Under the pieces are notes generated by a model. The model was not told the DNA's origin and did not search any database. It worked only from the letters and a program-made list of their open reading frames with translations. The translations under genes were made by a program, and so were the position numbers. Shown here piece after piece: positions 40,793 through 53,358 of a DNA stretch of 64,000 bases. Position 1 is the first letter of the stretch, and every line of letters begins with the position of its first letter. The DNA is from Octopus vulgaris (Eukaryota). The DNA lies in NCBI GenBank assembly GCA_951406725.2, contig OX597841.1:11098001-11162000 (forward strand), in the 5' to 3' direction.

Positions 40793-42751
40793 CAAACTTC
40801 TGCTCTTTCATCCATTCAGTCATCTAGCAGATAAGTTGAATGCTTATTTATTTATTTCACTTCCCCATCAATCATACATGCTTTCTTATCTATCTAACTA
40901 TTTTTAACTAATTTCTATATCTATCTAATTATTTTAACTAATTTATCCATTACCCATCTCGCCTCTCGTGTATTCATCAACCATCGTGTATTCGCGCCTT
41001 CTTCTTCCTCCGGACAATCTTTACTTAAAAAAAACGCAGCCCCAAACTTCTGCTCTTTCATCCATTCAGTCATCTAGCAGATAAGTTGAATGCTTATTTA
41101 TTTATTTCACTTCCCCATCAATCATACATGCTTTCTTATCTATCTAACTATTTTTAACTAATTTCTATATCTATCTAATTATTTTAACTAATTTATCCAT
41201 TACCCATCTCGCCTCTCGTGTATTCATCAACCATCGTGTATTCGCGCCTTCTTCTTCCTCCGGACAATCTTTACTTAAAAAAAACGCAGCCCCAAACTTC
41301 TGCTCTTTCATCCATTCAGTCATCTAGCAGATAAGTTGAATGCTTATTTATTTATTTCACTTCCCCATCAATCATACATGCTTTCTTATCTATCTAACTA
41401 TTTTTAACTAATTTCTATATCTATCTAATTATTTTAACTAATTTATCCATTACCCATCTCGCCTCTCGTGTATTCATCAACCATCGTGTATTCGCGCCTT
41501 CTTCTTCCTCCGGACAATCTTTACTTAAAAAAAACGCAGCCCCAAACTTCTGCTCTTTCATCCATTCAGTCATCTAGCAGATAAGTTGAATGCTTATTTA
41601 TTTATTTCACTTCCCCATCAATCATACATGCTTTCTTATCTATCTAACTATTTTTAACTAATTTCTATATCTATCTAATTATTTTAACTAATTTATCCAT
41701 TACCCATCTCGCCTCTCGTGTATTCATCAACCATCGTGTATTCGCGCCTTCTTCTTCCTCCGGACAATCTTTACTTAAAAAAAAAACGCAGCCCCAAACT
41801 TCTGCTCTTTCATCCATTCAGTCATCTAGCAGATAAGTTGAATGCTTATTTATTTATTTCACTTCCCCATCAATCATACATGCTTTCTTATCTATCTAAC
41901 TATTTTTAACTAATTTCTATATCTATCTAATTATTTTAACTAATTTATCCATTACCCATCTCGCCTCTCGTGTATTCATCAACCATCGTGTATTCGCGCC
42001 TTCTTCTTCCTCCGGACAATCTTTACTTAAAAAAAAACGCAGCCCCAAACTTCTGCTCTTTCATCCATTCAGTCATCTAGCAGATAAGTTGAATGCTTAT
42101 TTATTTATTTCACTTCCCCATCAATCATACATGCTTTCTTATCTATCTAACTATTTTTAACTAATTTCTATATCTATCTAATTATTTTAACTAATTTATC
42201 CATTACCCATCTCGCCTCTCGTGTATTCATCAACCATCGTGTATTCGCGCCTTCTTCTTCCTCCGGACAATCTTTACTTAAAAAAAAACGCAGCCCCAAA
42301 CTTCTGCTCTTTCATCCATTCAGTCATCTAGCAGATAAGTTGAATGCTTATTTATTTATTTCACTTCCCCATCAATCATACATGCTTTCTTATCTATCTA
42401 ACTATTTTTAACTAATTTCTATATCTATCTAATTATTTTAACTAATTTATCCATTACCCATCTCGCCTCTCGTGTATTCATCAACCATCGTGTATTCGCG
42501 CCTTCTTCTTCCTCCGGACAATCTTTACTTAAAAAAAAACGCAGCCCCAAACTTCTGCTCTTTCATCCATTCAGTCATCTAGCAGATAAGTTGAATGCTT
42601 ATTTATTTATTTCACTTCCCCATCAATCATACATGCTTTCTTATCTATCTAACTATTTTTAACTAATTTCTATATCTATCTAATTATTTTAACTAATTTA
42701 TCCATTACCCATCTCGCCTCTCGTGTATTCATCAACCATCGTGTATTCGCG
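40793..42751. repeat. 250-bp tandem repeat, about 7.8 near-identical copies
   Basis: caaacttctgctctttcatcc at 40793, 41043, 41293, 41543 and onward. Visible differences are mainly in poly-A length. Confidence 0.97.
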
Positions 42752-43245
42752 GTGCACCCGCCCTGCCCACCCCCACCACCAATACCGGATATCTCTATAT
42801 TTTTGCTCCATCCATACCGGATGTCGCTTCTCCCACCACCATAATAGGTGTCTACTCTTCGAACCCCCCTCTTCAATACGCTATTTCACCATGCATTACC
42901 CCTCTCTTGATATCCTACGTTCTACTTGCCTAGAACCTGTCATCATTTCTCTGAACCACCCCTCCCCACTGGTGCTCCCCTATATTTCTGCACCCCCCCA
43001 CATAAAAAAGCACCATCCGAACGTGGCCGATGCCAGACCCCTCTGGCACCTGTGCAGGTGGCACGTAAAAAACACCCACTACACTCGCGGAGTGGTTGGC
43101 GTTAGGAAGGGCATCCAGCCGTAGAAACTCTGCCAGACTAGACTGGAGCCTGGGGCAGTCCCTAGCTCCCCAGACCCCGGTCGAAACCGTCCAACCCGTG
43201 CTAGCGCGGAAAACGGACGTTAAACGATGATGATGATGATGATGA

Positions 43246-44436
43246 TATGTGTATATATATATATATGTATATATGTGTATATATATATATATGTATATAT
43301 GTGTATATATATATATATGTATATATGTGTATATATATATATATGTATATATGTGTATATATATATATATGTATATATGTGTATATGTGTATATATATAT
43401 ATGTGTATATATATATATGTATATATGTGTATATATATATATGTATATATGTGTATATATATATATATATGTATATATGTGTATATATATGTGTATATAT
43501 ATATATATATGTGTATATATATATATATGTATATATGTGTATATATATATGTGTATATATATATATATGTATATATGTGTATATATATATATATATGTAT
43601 ATATGTGTATATATATATGTGTATATATATATATGTATATATGTGTATATATATATATGTATATATGTGTGTATATATATATATGTATATATGTGTATAT
43701 ATATATATGTATATATGTGTATATATATATATGTATATATGTGTATATATATATATATGTATATATGTGTATATATATATATGTATATATGTGTATATAT
43801 ATATATGTATATATGTGTATATATATATATGTATATATGTGTATATATATATATATGTATATATGTGTATATATATATGTATATATGTGTATATATATAT
43901 ATGTATATATGTGTATATATATATATGTATATATGTGTATGTATATATGTGTATATATGTGTATGTATATATGTGTATATATATATATGTATATATGTGT
44001 ATATATATATATGTATATATGTGTATATATATATATGTGTATATATGTATATATATATATATGTATATATGTGTATATGTATATATGTGTATATATATAT
44101 ATGTATATATGTGTATATATATATATATATGTATATATGTGTATATATATATATATGTATATATGTGTATATATATATATGTATATATGTGTATATATAT
44201 ATATGTATATATGTGTATATATATATATGTATATATGTGTATATATATATATGTATATATGTGTATATATATGTATATATGTGTATATATATATATATGT
44301 GTATATATATATATATATGTATATATGTGTATATATATATATATGTGTATATATGTATATATATATATATGTATATATGTGTATATATATATATGTATAT
44401 ATGTGTATATATATATGTGTATATATATATATGTAT

Positions 44437-44514
<78 letters not shown>

Positions 44515-44535
44515 GTATATATGTATATATATATA
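43246..44535. repeat. About 1.3 kb (TA)/(TG) compound microsatellite
   Basis: Directly visible. Source of the 430-645 aa Y/I/H ORFs. Confidence 0.98.
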
Positions 44536-45103
44536 TGGCTGGCCCCCGTGCCGGTGACACGTAAAAGCACCATCCGTTCGTGGCCGTTTGCCAGCTCTGT
44601 CTGGCAACCGTGTCGGTGGCACGTAAAAGCACCATCCGTCCGTGTCCGTTGCCAGCCTTGGCTGGCTCCCGTGCCGGTGACACGTAAAAGCACCGTCCGC
44701 TCGTGGCCGTTTGCCAGCTCTATCTGGCAACCGTGTCGGTGGCACGTAAAAGCACCATCCGTTCGCGTCCGTTGCCAGCATCGCCTGGCCCCGTGCCGGT
44801 GACACGTAAAAGCACCATCCGTTCGTGGCCGTTCGCCAGCTCTGTCTGGCACCTGTGCAGGTGGCACGTAAAAACACCCACTACACTCGCGGAGTGGTTG
44901 GCGTTAGGAAGGGCATCCAGCCGTAGAAACACTGCCAGATCTGACTGGGCCTGACGAAGCCTTCCAGCTTCACAGACCCCAGTTGACCCGTCCAACCCAT
45001 GCCAGCATGGAAAACGGACGCTAAACGATGATGATGATGATGATGATATATATATGTGTATATATATATATATGTATATATGTGTATATATATATATATG
45101 TAT

Positions 45104-45135
<32 letters not shown>

Positions 45136-46849
45136 TTGTTTATATATATATATGTGTGTATATATATGTATGTATATATCTATCTATATATATATATATA
45201 TATCTACCTGGGTGTGTCTCTGAGATTGTTTTCCATTACTGCTTAACCCTTTTGATACCAACCTGGCTGGAAACCACCTCTGGCTCTCTAGCACAAATGT
45301 CTTATTTTCAAAATTTCTCAATTAAAATCTTGCACCAAACCTTAGTCACAATTTATGTTACTAACCCTAGCTTAACGATAACGAAGTTATTTTAGTAAAT
45401 TCTTTGTTATATTTAAAATTAATCAAAAGAAACGCGCAAAAGAGACCAATAGAATAAGTACTGGGCTTACAAAAGAATAAGTCCTGGGGTCGAGTTGCTC
45501 GATTAAAGGCGGTGCTCCAGCATGGCCGCAGTCAAATGACTGAAACAAGTAAAAGAGTAAAAAGAAATATGCTTCCCAACCATGGAGTCTGAAAGTCAGT
45601 CCCGGAGTTTGTCCCTTGGGCAAGTGTTGTCTTCTGAGGTCTGAGTAGATTTGGTTGACAGAACTAAAACAAGCTCATCGTGTGTGTGTGTGTGTGTTTT
45701 GTCTTGATATTGTGTAGTAGTTGTAAGCAAATGTCACTGTCATACAAGCTGTGTCGTTGATTCTCAGTCGTCTGTGAAAACATGTCTGGCCGTGGGGAAA
45801 AGGTGAGGGTTGGTGGTAGGAAGGCGGCGAGCTGGCAGAAACGTTAGCATGCCGGGCGAAATGCGTAGCCGTATTTCGTCTACCGTTATGTTCCGAGTTC
45901 AAATTCCGCCGAGGTCGACTTTGCCTTTCATCCTTTCGGGGTCAATAAATTAAGTACCAGTTACGCACTGGGGTCAATATAATCGACTTAATACCTATGT
46001 CTGTCCTTGTTTGTCCCCTCTATGTTTAGCCCCTTGTGGGTAGTAAAGAAATAGGTAGGAAGAGTGTCCAGCCATAGAAAATGTCCATCACTAAACTGTA
46101 TCTGGTCCATATCAGTAAAATGATGATGATGGTCCGAAATTGCGTTAGACACTTTGGCTGATAACTGACGAGGGGTCAGTGACCTGTTTTGTCTGTCTGT
46201 GCATTTAGTCTATGTTCTTCAACTTGACCTTCCGTGTCTGTTTTCTGTAGGTTTGTTGATTTAGTACACCTTTTTTGAATTATATATATATTTATAGGGA
46301 AGTCAAATTTTCTGCTTGTGTATATACGACGGGCTTCTTTCAGTTTCCGTCTACCAAATCCACTCACAAGGCTTTGGTCGGCCCGGGGCTATAGTAGAAG
46401 ACACTTGCCCAAGATGTCACGCAGTGGAACTGAACCCGGAACCATGTGGTTGGTTAGCAAGCTACTTACCACACAGCCACTCCTGCGCCATATATACTTT
46501 AAAACATATTTCTTTAAAACAAACAATCCAGTCCCATCATTGCGAAATCCTATTTTAATCCTGAAAAAAAAAACTACAAGTGTGTGTGTGTGTGTGTGTG
46601 TGTGAATAGGAAATAGCTTCTCATTTGAACGTGCCATGTAACTTAGCAGATCAACAAACAAGGTTCGATTCATAAGCATCAAACTTAAAATTATATGTAG
46701 TGAGGGTTTGATATGATCAGCTAAACCCTTGAAGGTGGTGCCCCAGCATGGCCACTATCCTACAACTGAGAGCAGTTGGTGATTAAAAAAAAATAATTGT
46801 GTGTATGCATGCGCTTCTCTCTCTTCTTATTCTGCTCTCTCTCTCTCTC

Positions 46850-46887
<38 letters not shown>

Positions 46888-46888
<1 letters not shown>

Positions 46889-47253
46889 TAGCAGTATCGC
46901 CCGGCATTGCTCAGGTTTGTAAGGGAAATAACTATAAAGCATTTTTAGAGAGTTATAGCCAAAAAATGGAAAAAAATGATGGTAAATTTTTTTTGAGAGT
47001 AAAAAAAGGTGGAGTTGCGTCCCCTAGACGGTTTGTGTTTCTGATTCTCGACCCCATGTCGAATTTATCGATTTTTTTCAGAACTGGGGGAACTTTTCAA
47101 AATTTTCTCTGCGTTAGTTTTGAATTATGACATTGGGCTATGTGTGTGTCAAGTTTCATCAGAATCGGTTGAAAGCCGTGGTCAGGGTGAGGGTACAAGC
47201 AAACAGACACACAGAAACACGCACAGACAAACTGCCGTTTATATAGAGAGAGA
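46888..47253 (-). mobile_element. Non-autonomous Helitron
   Basis: Minus strand A|TC ... subterminal hairpin cctgagcaatgccggg ... CTAG|T, no target duplication. Confidence 0.75.
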
Positions 47254-47561
47254 TATCTTTATATTTATCTCTCTCTATGTGTATAGATCGCCATGTTGAT
47301 TCGTTAGCTACTGCACGCATTTTTTTTCTCTCCTTCTTTCTGTGTTTTTTTTCTCTCTGTGTATCTTTCTGTTGAAGAAGCGTAGGCTCGAAATGTTAAA
47401 GACTTGTTTCATTTATATTTCCTGAGCGCCATACTAATACAATTGTTCGTTTGTTTTCCACCTGCCTTCGTCTTTTGTCTATTTTCATAAAGCTTCCCGT
47501 TATATATATATGTATATCTTTATATTTATCTCTCTCTCTCTCTCTGTCTGCTCTGTTTCAG

Positions 47562-47726
47562 GTCGGGCCTCTCACATGGCTCGCCCCTCAGACTGATGAC
47601 GCCATTCGAGGCTTGGTGACACGGGGTCGCAAGAACCTGCTACTTGTTCCCATCGCATTCACAAGCGACCACATTGAGACACTTTATGAAATGGACATGG
47701 AATACATTGAAGAACTAGGGACTGAG
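47562..47726 (+). CDS. FECH: Ferrochelatase exon [55 protein letters not shown]
   Basis: ctgtttcag| ... GAG|gtatgt, 165 nt. [14 protein letters not shown] pi-helix motif (E343 equivalent). Confidence 0.98.
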
Positions 47727-47796
47727 GTATGTATACAGTATATATATATATATATATATGTGTGTTTGTGTGTGTATGTGTGTGTGTGTGTGTTTG

Positions 47797-47832
<36 letters not shown>

Positions 47833-48242
47833 GTTCGCGTTAGAAAGGGCATCCAGCTGTAGAAACACTGCCAGATCAGACTGGAGCCTGGTGCAGCCCC
47901 TGGCTTCCCAGACCCCGGTCCAACCGTCCAACCCATGCTAGCGCGGAAAACGGACGTTAAACGATGATGATGATGATGATGAAAGGGAAAGTTTACGAAA
48001 AAAACAAAAGACGAAGACAGGTGGTGTACAAAACAAACAGATGTATTAGTATAACGCTCAGGAATAGAAAAAGTCTTTTATGTTTCGAGCCTATGCTCTT
48101 TTACAGAAAGGGACACAGAGAAAACAAGGAGAGAAAAGAATGTGTGTAGTGGCTAACGATCTATCATGGCGACTGACTTTGGACAGAAGGGTCGCACACA
48201 AGAGGGAAGAAGTAGGGGAGATAACAAAGTAAAGATCACTCC

Positions 48243-48283
<41 letters not shown>

Positions 48284-48284
<1 letters not shown>

Positions 48285-48620
48285 GAGGAGAAGTTAAAAA
48301 TTATCCACACTTTTGCCATGTCTTTATTATAGTCACAGTGCCTTCTGCGCATGATGCTTATGGTTGGTGCTATTGTGGTTGCATGATCAAAGTTTGACCC
48401 TCATCACACCGTTTTTTGTTCTGGCTTTACAGTGTGAGAATGGTCGCTCCCCTAGCAATGTGCACCAAAGAAGAACAATGAGCGGTGATCCGACTTCTCT
48501 GGTCAAAAGGTGTCAGGTGCTGGAATTCATCGGAGGCCTTTAGCACAATATGGGGGGGCAGTGCACTGCTGCGTAGAAAGGTGTTTGAGTGGATTTGAGA
48601 AGTTTGGAAGTGGCCGGATT
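48284..48620 (+). mobile_element. Degenerate mariner 5' end and transposase N-terminus
   Basis: TA|CGAGG terminus after (TA)n. From 48440 it reads MVAPLAMCTKEEQ*AVIRLLWSKG../..IHRR..AQYG..RRKVFEWI, a mariner HTH with a stop and frameshifts. Confidence 0.75.
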
Positions 48621-49329
48621 AGCATGATGCATTAAGAAGAAGCAGGATGTCCGGCAACCTCCTCCATTGATGAGAAGACTCAGCAAGATGGTAGAGGTGA
48701 ACTGGCCAAAACAGACGCAGAAGTCTGGTGCAGGCTCCTGCCTGTCCGGCTCCAGTCGAATCATCCAACCGATGCCAGCATGGGAGGCGGACGCTAAATG
48801 ATGATGATAATTATTCTGTCAGTCTCTTTTTGATGAATTACTAAGTTACAGAAATGTAAACACACCAGTACCAGTTATCAAATGGTGTTGGTGGTGGTGG
48901 TGTGAACCCCCCACACCTTGCACACACACACGCACACTCACACACATACACCTTGCACACACGCACACACACATGCACACACACACATGCACACACACAC
49001 ATACACACACACAGACCTAAACAGTTATTCTCAAAACTGCTGAGGCTACAGTAGAAGACACTTGCCCAAGGGGCCATGCATTATCAGGGGAGGTTTACAC
49101 AGCTGGAAGGGGGCCCTTCCAAATGCCAACCAGTCTACTGGTCTGGTCTGGATGATTTCACCAGACCTGGGTGCTGGGGGGTGAGCAAGTAACTTTGTAG
49201 TCAAAGGACCTTTGAGAGGGGGACGGGGAGGGGGGGCATGGGAGGTAGGGGATCTTGTGTCAGATGATGAACTGTTAGAGTGAGACAGAGAGAGAGAGAG
49301 AGAGAGAGAGAAACCGGTGTCTTGCTGTA

Positions 49330-50300
49330 GGCGGCGAGCTGGCAGAACCGTTAGCACGTAGGGCGAAATGCGTAGCCGTATTTCGTCTGCCGTTACGTTC
49401 TGAGTTCAAATTCCACTGAGGTCGACTTGGCCTTTCATCCTTTCCGGGTCGGTAAATTAAGTACCAGTTGCGCACTGGGGTCGATATAATCAACTTAATC
49501 CGTTTGTCTGTCCTTGTTTGTCCTCTCTGTGTTTAGCCCCTTGTGGGTAGTAAAAATATAGGTATTTCGTCTGTCGCTACGTTCTGAGTTCAAATTCCTC
49601 CGAGGTTGACTTGGCCTTTCATCCTTTCCGGGTCGGTAAATTAAGTCCCAGTTGCGCACTGGGGTCGATATAATCAACTTAATCCGTTTGTCTGTCCTTG
49701 TTTGTCCTCTCTGTATTTAGCCCCTTGTGGGTAGTAAAAATATAGGTATTTTGTCTGTCGCTACGTTCTGAGTTCAAATTCCGCCGAGGTCGACTTGGCC
49801 TTTCATCCTTTCCGGGTCGGTAAATTAAGTACCAGTTACGCACTGGGGGTCGATATAATCGACTTAATCCGTTTGTCTGTCCTTGTTTGTCCTCTCTGTG
49901 TTTAGCCCCTTGTGGGTAGTAAAAATATAGGTATTTCGTCTGTCGCTACATTCTGAGTTCAAATTCCGCCGAGGTTGACTTGGCCTTTCATCCTTTCCGG
50001 GTCGGTAAATTAAGTACCAGTTGCGCACTGGGGTCGATATAATCGACTTAATCCGTTTGTCTGTCCTTGTTTGTCCTCTCTGTGTTTAGCCCCTTGTGGG
50101 TAGTAAAAATATAGGTATTTCGTCTGTCGCTACGTTCTGAGTTCAAATTCCGCCGAGGTTGACTTGGCCTTTCATCCTTTCCGGGTCGGTAAATTAAGTA
50201 CCAGTTGCGCACTGGGGTCGATATAATCGTCTTAATCCGTTTGTCTGTCCTTGTTTGTCCTCTCTGTGTTTAGCCCGTTTTGGGTAGTAAAGAAATAGGT
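49330..50300 (+). mobile_element. SINE family B with 5 tandem internal units of about 183 bp
   Basis: Repeated gttctgagttcaaattcc...gcctttcatcctttccgggtcggtaaattaagt. Confidence 0.88.
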
Positions 50301-50436
50301 GTCTTGCTGTAGAGGAGGTACAAGGTTATCTGGGCAGAGAGAGAGAAAGAGAGAGAGTGAGGACAGAAGCAGGTGTGCCCTTCTTGAAAAAAAAAAGAGA
50401 ACTGATATAACCCTTAATTTTATGAAAACCTTTCAG

Positions 50437-50493
50437 GTTGGTGCTAACATCAAGAGATCAAAGTCCCTGAATGACAGTTCAACTTTTATTGAG
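50437..50493 (+). CDS. FECH: Ferrochelatase exon VGANIKRSKSLNDSSTFIE
   Basis: cctttcag| ... GAG|gtaaga, 57 nt, phase 0/0. Matches the NIRRxxSLN..F motif. Confidence 0.93.
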
Positions 50494-52040
50494 GTAAGAT
50501 GCTAACTCCTTAAAACCTTTACAAGCTTATAGAGAAAACAATGTATATGTTTGTGTGTATGGGTGGATGTATGCATTATCACACACAAACACACACACAC
50601 ACAGTGGGGTGCAAAAGTTGGCATACAGTAACTCTTTTACTCTTTTACTTGTTTTAGCCATTTGACTGCGGCCATGCTGGAGCACCGCCTTTAATCGAGC
50701 TAATCGACCCCGGGACTTATTCTTTGTAAGCCCAGTACTTATTCTATCAGTCTCTTTTGCCGAACCGCTAAGTGACGGGGACGTAAACACACCAGCATCG
50801 GTTGTCAAGCAATGCTAGGGGGACAAACATAGACACACAAACACACACATACACATATATATATATATATATATATACATATATACGACAGGCTTCTTTC
50901 AGTTTCCGTCTACCAAATCCGCTCACAAGGCTTTGGTCAGCCCGGGGCTATAGCAGAAGACACTTGCCCAAGGTGCCACGCAGTGGGCTGAACCCGGGAC
51001 CATGTGGTTGGTTAGCAAGCTACTTACCACACAGCCGCTCCTGCATTTAACATCTGCCTTCCATGTTGGTATGGGTTAGGCAGTTTGACTGGAACTGGTA
51101 AGTCGGAGAGCAGCACCAGGTTTCAGTCTGACATGGAATGGTTTCTATACCTTTCCTAATGCCAACCACTTTACAGGGATCGTGGGTGCTTTTATATGGC
51201 AATGGTGTACACACACACACACACACACACGTTTCAAAAGTACATAGATGCTATTATTTCCAAAAGATTGTATAAAGAGAATAATTTTATTTGAAGCCTT
51301 TAACCCTTTTGTTACCAACCCGGCTAAAACCACCTCTGGCTCTGAGTACAAATGTCTTGTTTTCATAAGTTCTCAATTAAAATCTTCCACCAAACCTTAG
51401 TCACAATTTTACTAAAGTTATTTTACTAAATTCTTTGTTATATTTAAAGTAATTGAAAGAAACACAGAGCATCTCAAAAGAAATATGGTAACAAAAGGGT
51501 TAAGAAGAAAAATAATCAGCAGAAAGCATGAAAGGATACCTCAATGTGGTCACTCTATATGCTAGAAATAATAGCCTAAATTTTCTTCAATTCACACCCT
51601 CTCAGTTCCTTCTAATGTCCATCTGTCCAAATGTAGAGGTGTTTTTAACCCTTTTGATACCAACCCGGCTGAAACCACCTCTGGTTCTGTAGTACAAATA
51701 TCTTGTTTTCATAAGTTCTGAATTAAAATCTTCCACCAAACCTTAGTCACAATTTATGTTCCTAACACAAGCTTAATGATAATTAAATTATTTTACTAAA
51801 TTCTTTGTTATATTTAAAATTAATTGAAAGAAACTCAGAGCATCTCAAAATAAATACAGTAACGAAAGGGTTAAACACTTAATCTCGGATTTAGTTGGGA
51901 TGCCTTGTAGACATGCCCACCACAGCTGCCGGTCACGTCCACACAGATAAAACTGTATGAAGAGGGATGTCTATTTGCTTGTTAGGCGTGTGTGTGTGTG
52001 TGTCAGATGCATACTTACGTGTTTATCCATCTTCTTGCAG

Positions 52041-52235
52041 GCCTTGGCTGATGTCGTGAAGAGCCACCTGGTGTCAGGGAAATGTGTCTCCACTCAGCTC
52101 TCGCTCCGCTGCCCCAGTTGTATCAACATCAACTGCAAGAACATGAGGGAGTTCTTTCAGAGTTATCAACCCCTACTGGAAGAATCCCTGAAGGAACCCG
52201 ACCCCCTCAAGAGACGGGCCTCACAGCTCTCATGA
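52041..52235 (+). CDS. FECH: Ferrochelatase last coding exon ALADVVKSHL...LRCPSCININCKNMREFF...KRRASQLS*
   Basis: cttcttgcag|, C-x2-C-x4-C [2Fe-2S] ligands, TGA at 52233-52235. The 10 exons total 1251 nt, or 416 aa plus stop. Confidence 0.97.
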   Translation, partial: ALADVVKSHLVSGKCVSTQLSLRCPSCININCKNMREFFQSYQPLLEESLKEPDPLKRRASQLS

Positions 52236-53352
52236 AACAATTGTAGCAACAGGACTTTTTTACCTTGATTAGGGCCTTGAGTCATGAAAGATACGTAATG
52301 CTGTAAGGGGCCTCAACCCACAACAGATCTGTAGAGTCGCACTTATTGTTACCTGTCATTATTGTTATTATTATTATTATTCCTCTCTTTAAGGTGGCAC
52401 GCTGGCAGAATCGTTAACATGCTGGACGAAATACTTAGCAGTATTTCGCCCATCTTTATGTTCTGAGTTCAAATTCCACCAAGGTCAACTTTGCCTTTCA
52501 TCCTTTCAGGGTCGATAAAATAAGTACCAGTTACGCACTGGGGTTGATGTAATTGACATGTCCCTTCCCCCAAAACTTGTGGCAAAATTTGAAACCATTG
52601 TTATAATTTCTATCTCTCTCTCTCAGGTGGTGAACTGGTGGAATCGTTAGCACGCTGGGCATTTTGTCCATCACTACGTTCTGAGTTCAAATTCCACCAA
52701 GGTCAACTTTGCCTTTCATCCTTTCTGGGTCGATAAAATAAGTACCAGTTACGCACTGGGGCCAATGTAGTCGACTAATCCCCTATCCCAAAATTGCTGT
52801 GGAAAAAATCTGAAACCATTATTATTATTGTTATTACGTTTATTATTATTAATTAAAAGTCCAGACCTGGTTTATTGTTTTTCTCTTCTTTTTTGCATAG
52901 GGTTACATGGGGGAGGCTTTGGTGCAATTTGAACCCTCAACTGTGAGGTATTGAACTACTATGTATGTATGTATATCTATATGTATGGTCAGTCACCCAT
53001 TTTCTGTCTGTCTGTCCAGTGCATTTTCATCATCATCATCATCATAGTCACCATCACCACTTCCATCATTATCATCACCCTAACCACCACCACCACCACC
53101 ACCACCACCACGACTAAAGGCGGTGCTCCAGCATGGCCGCAGTCAAATGACAAAGTAAAAGTAAGTAAGTAAAGTAAGCAGATTATTATATAGCTCTCAT
53201 AGTCATTCTGTCCATTGGTTTACCTGCCAGGTGCAGGGGGTGGCGGTTAGACACACGGGGGCCCAGGTCTGAGAGGGGGCAAAAACAAAACAAAAACTCA
53301 AAAATGAAAAAAACAAAAACTCAAACAATGCATTAGAATTTAATTATCACAG

Positions 53353-53358
53353 TTTATT
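53353..53358 (-). promoter_or_regulatory. Candidate SLC38A9 polyadenylation signal
   Basis: AATAAA on the minus strand, followed about 25 nt later by a U/GU-rich tract (complement of 53281-53328). Confidence 0.35.

Noticed and set aside
42930-44877. ORFs of 430-645 aa rich in Y/I/H/T, and similar ORFs at about 0.2-4, 12, 22-24, 27, 33, 39 and 53-55 kb
   Set aside because: They are translations of microsatellites that lack stop codons in some frames.
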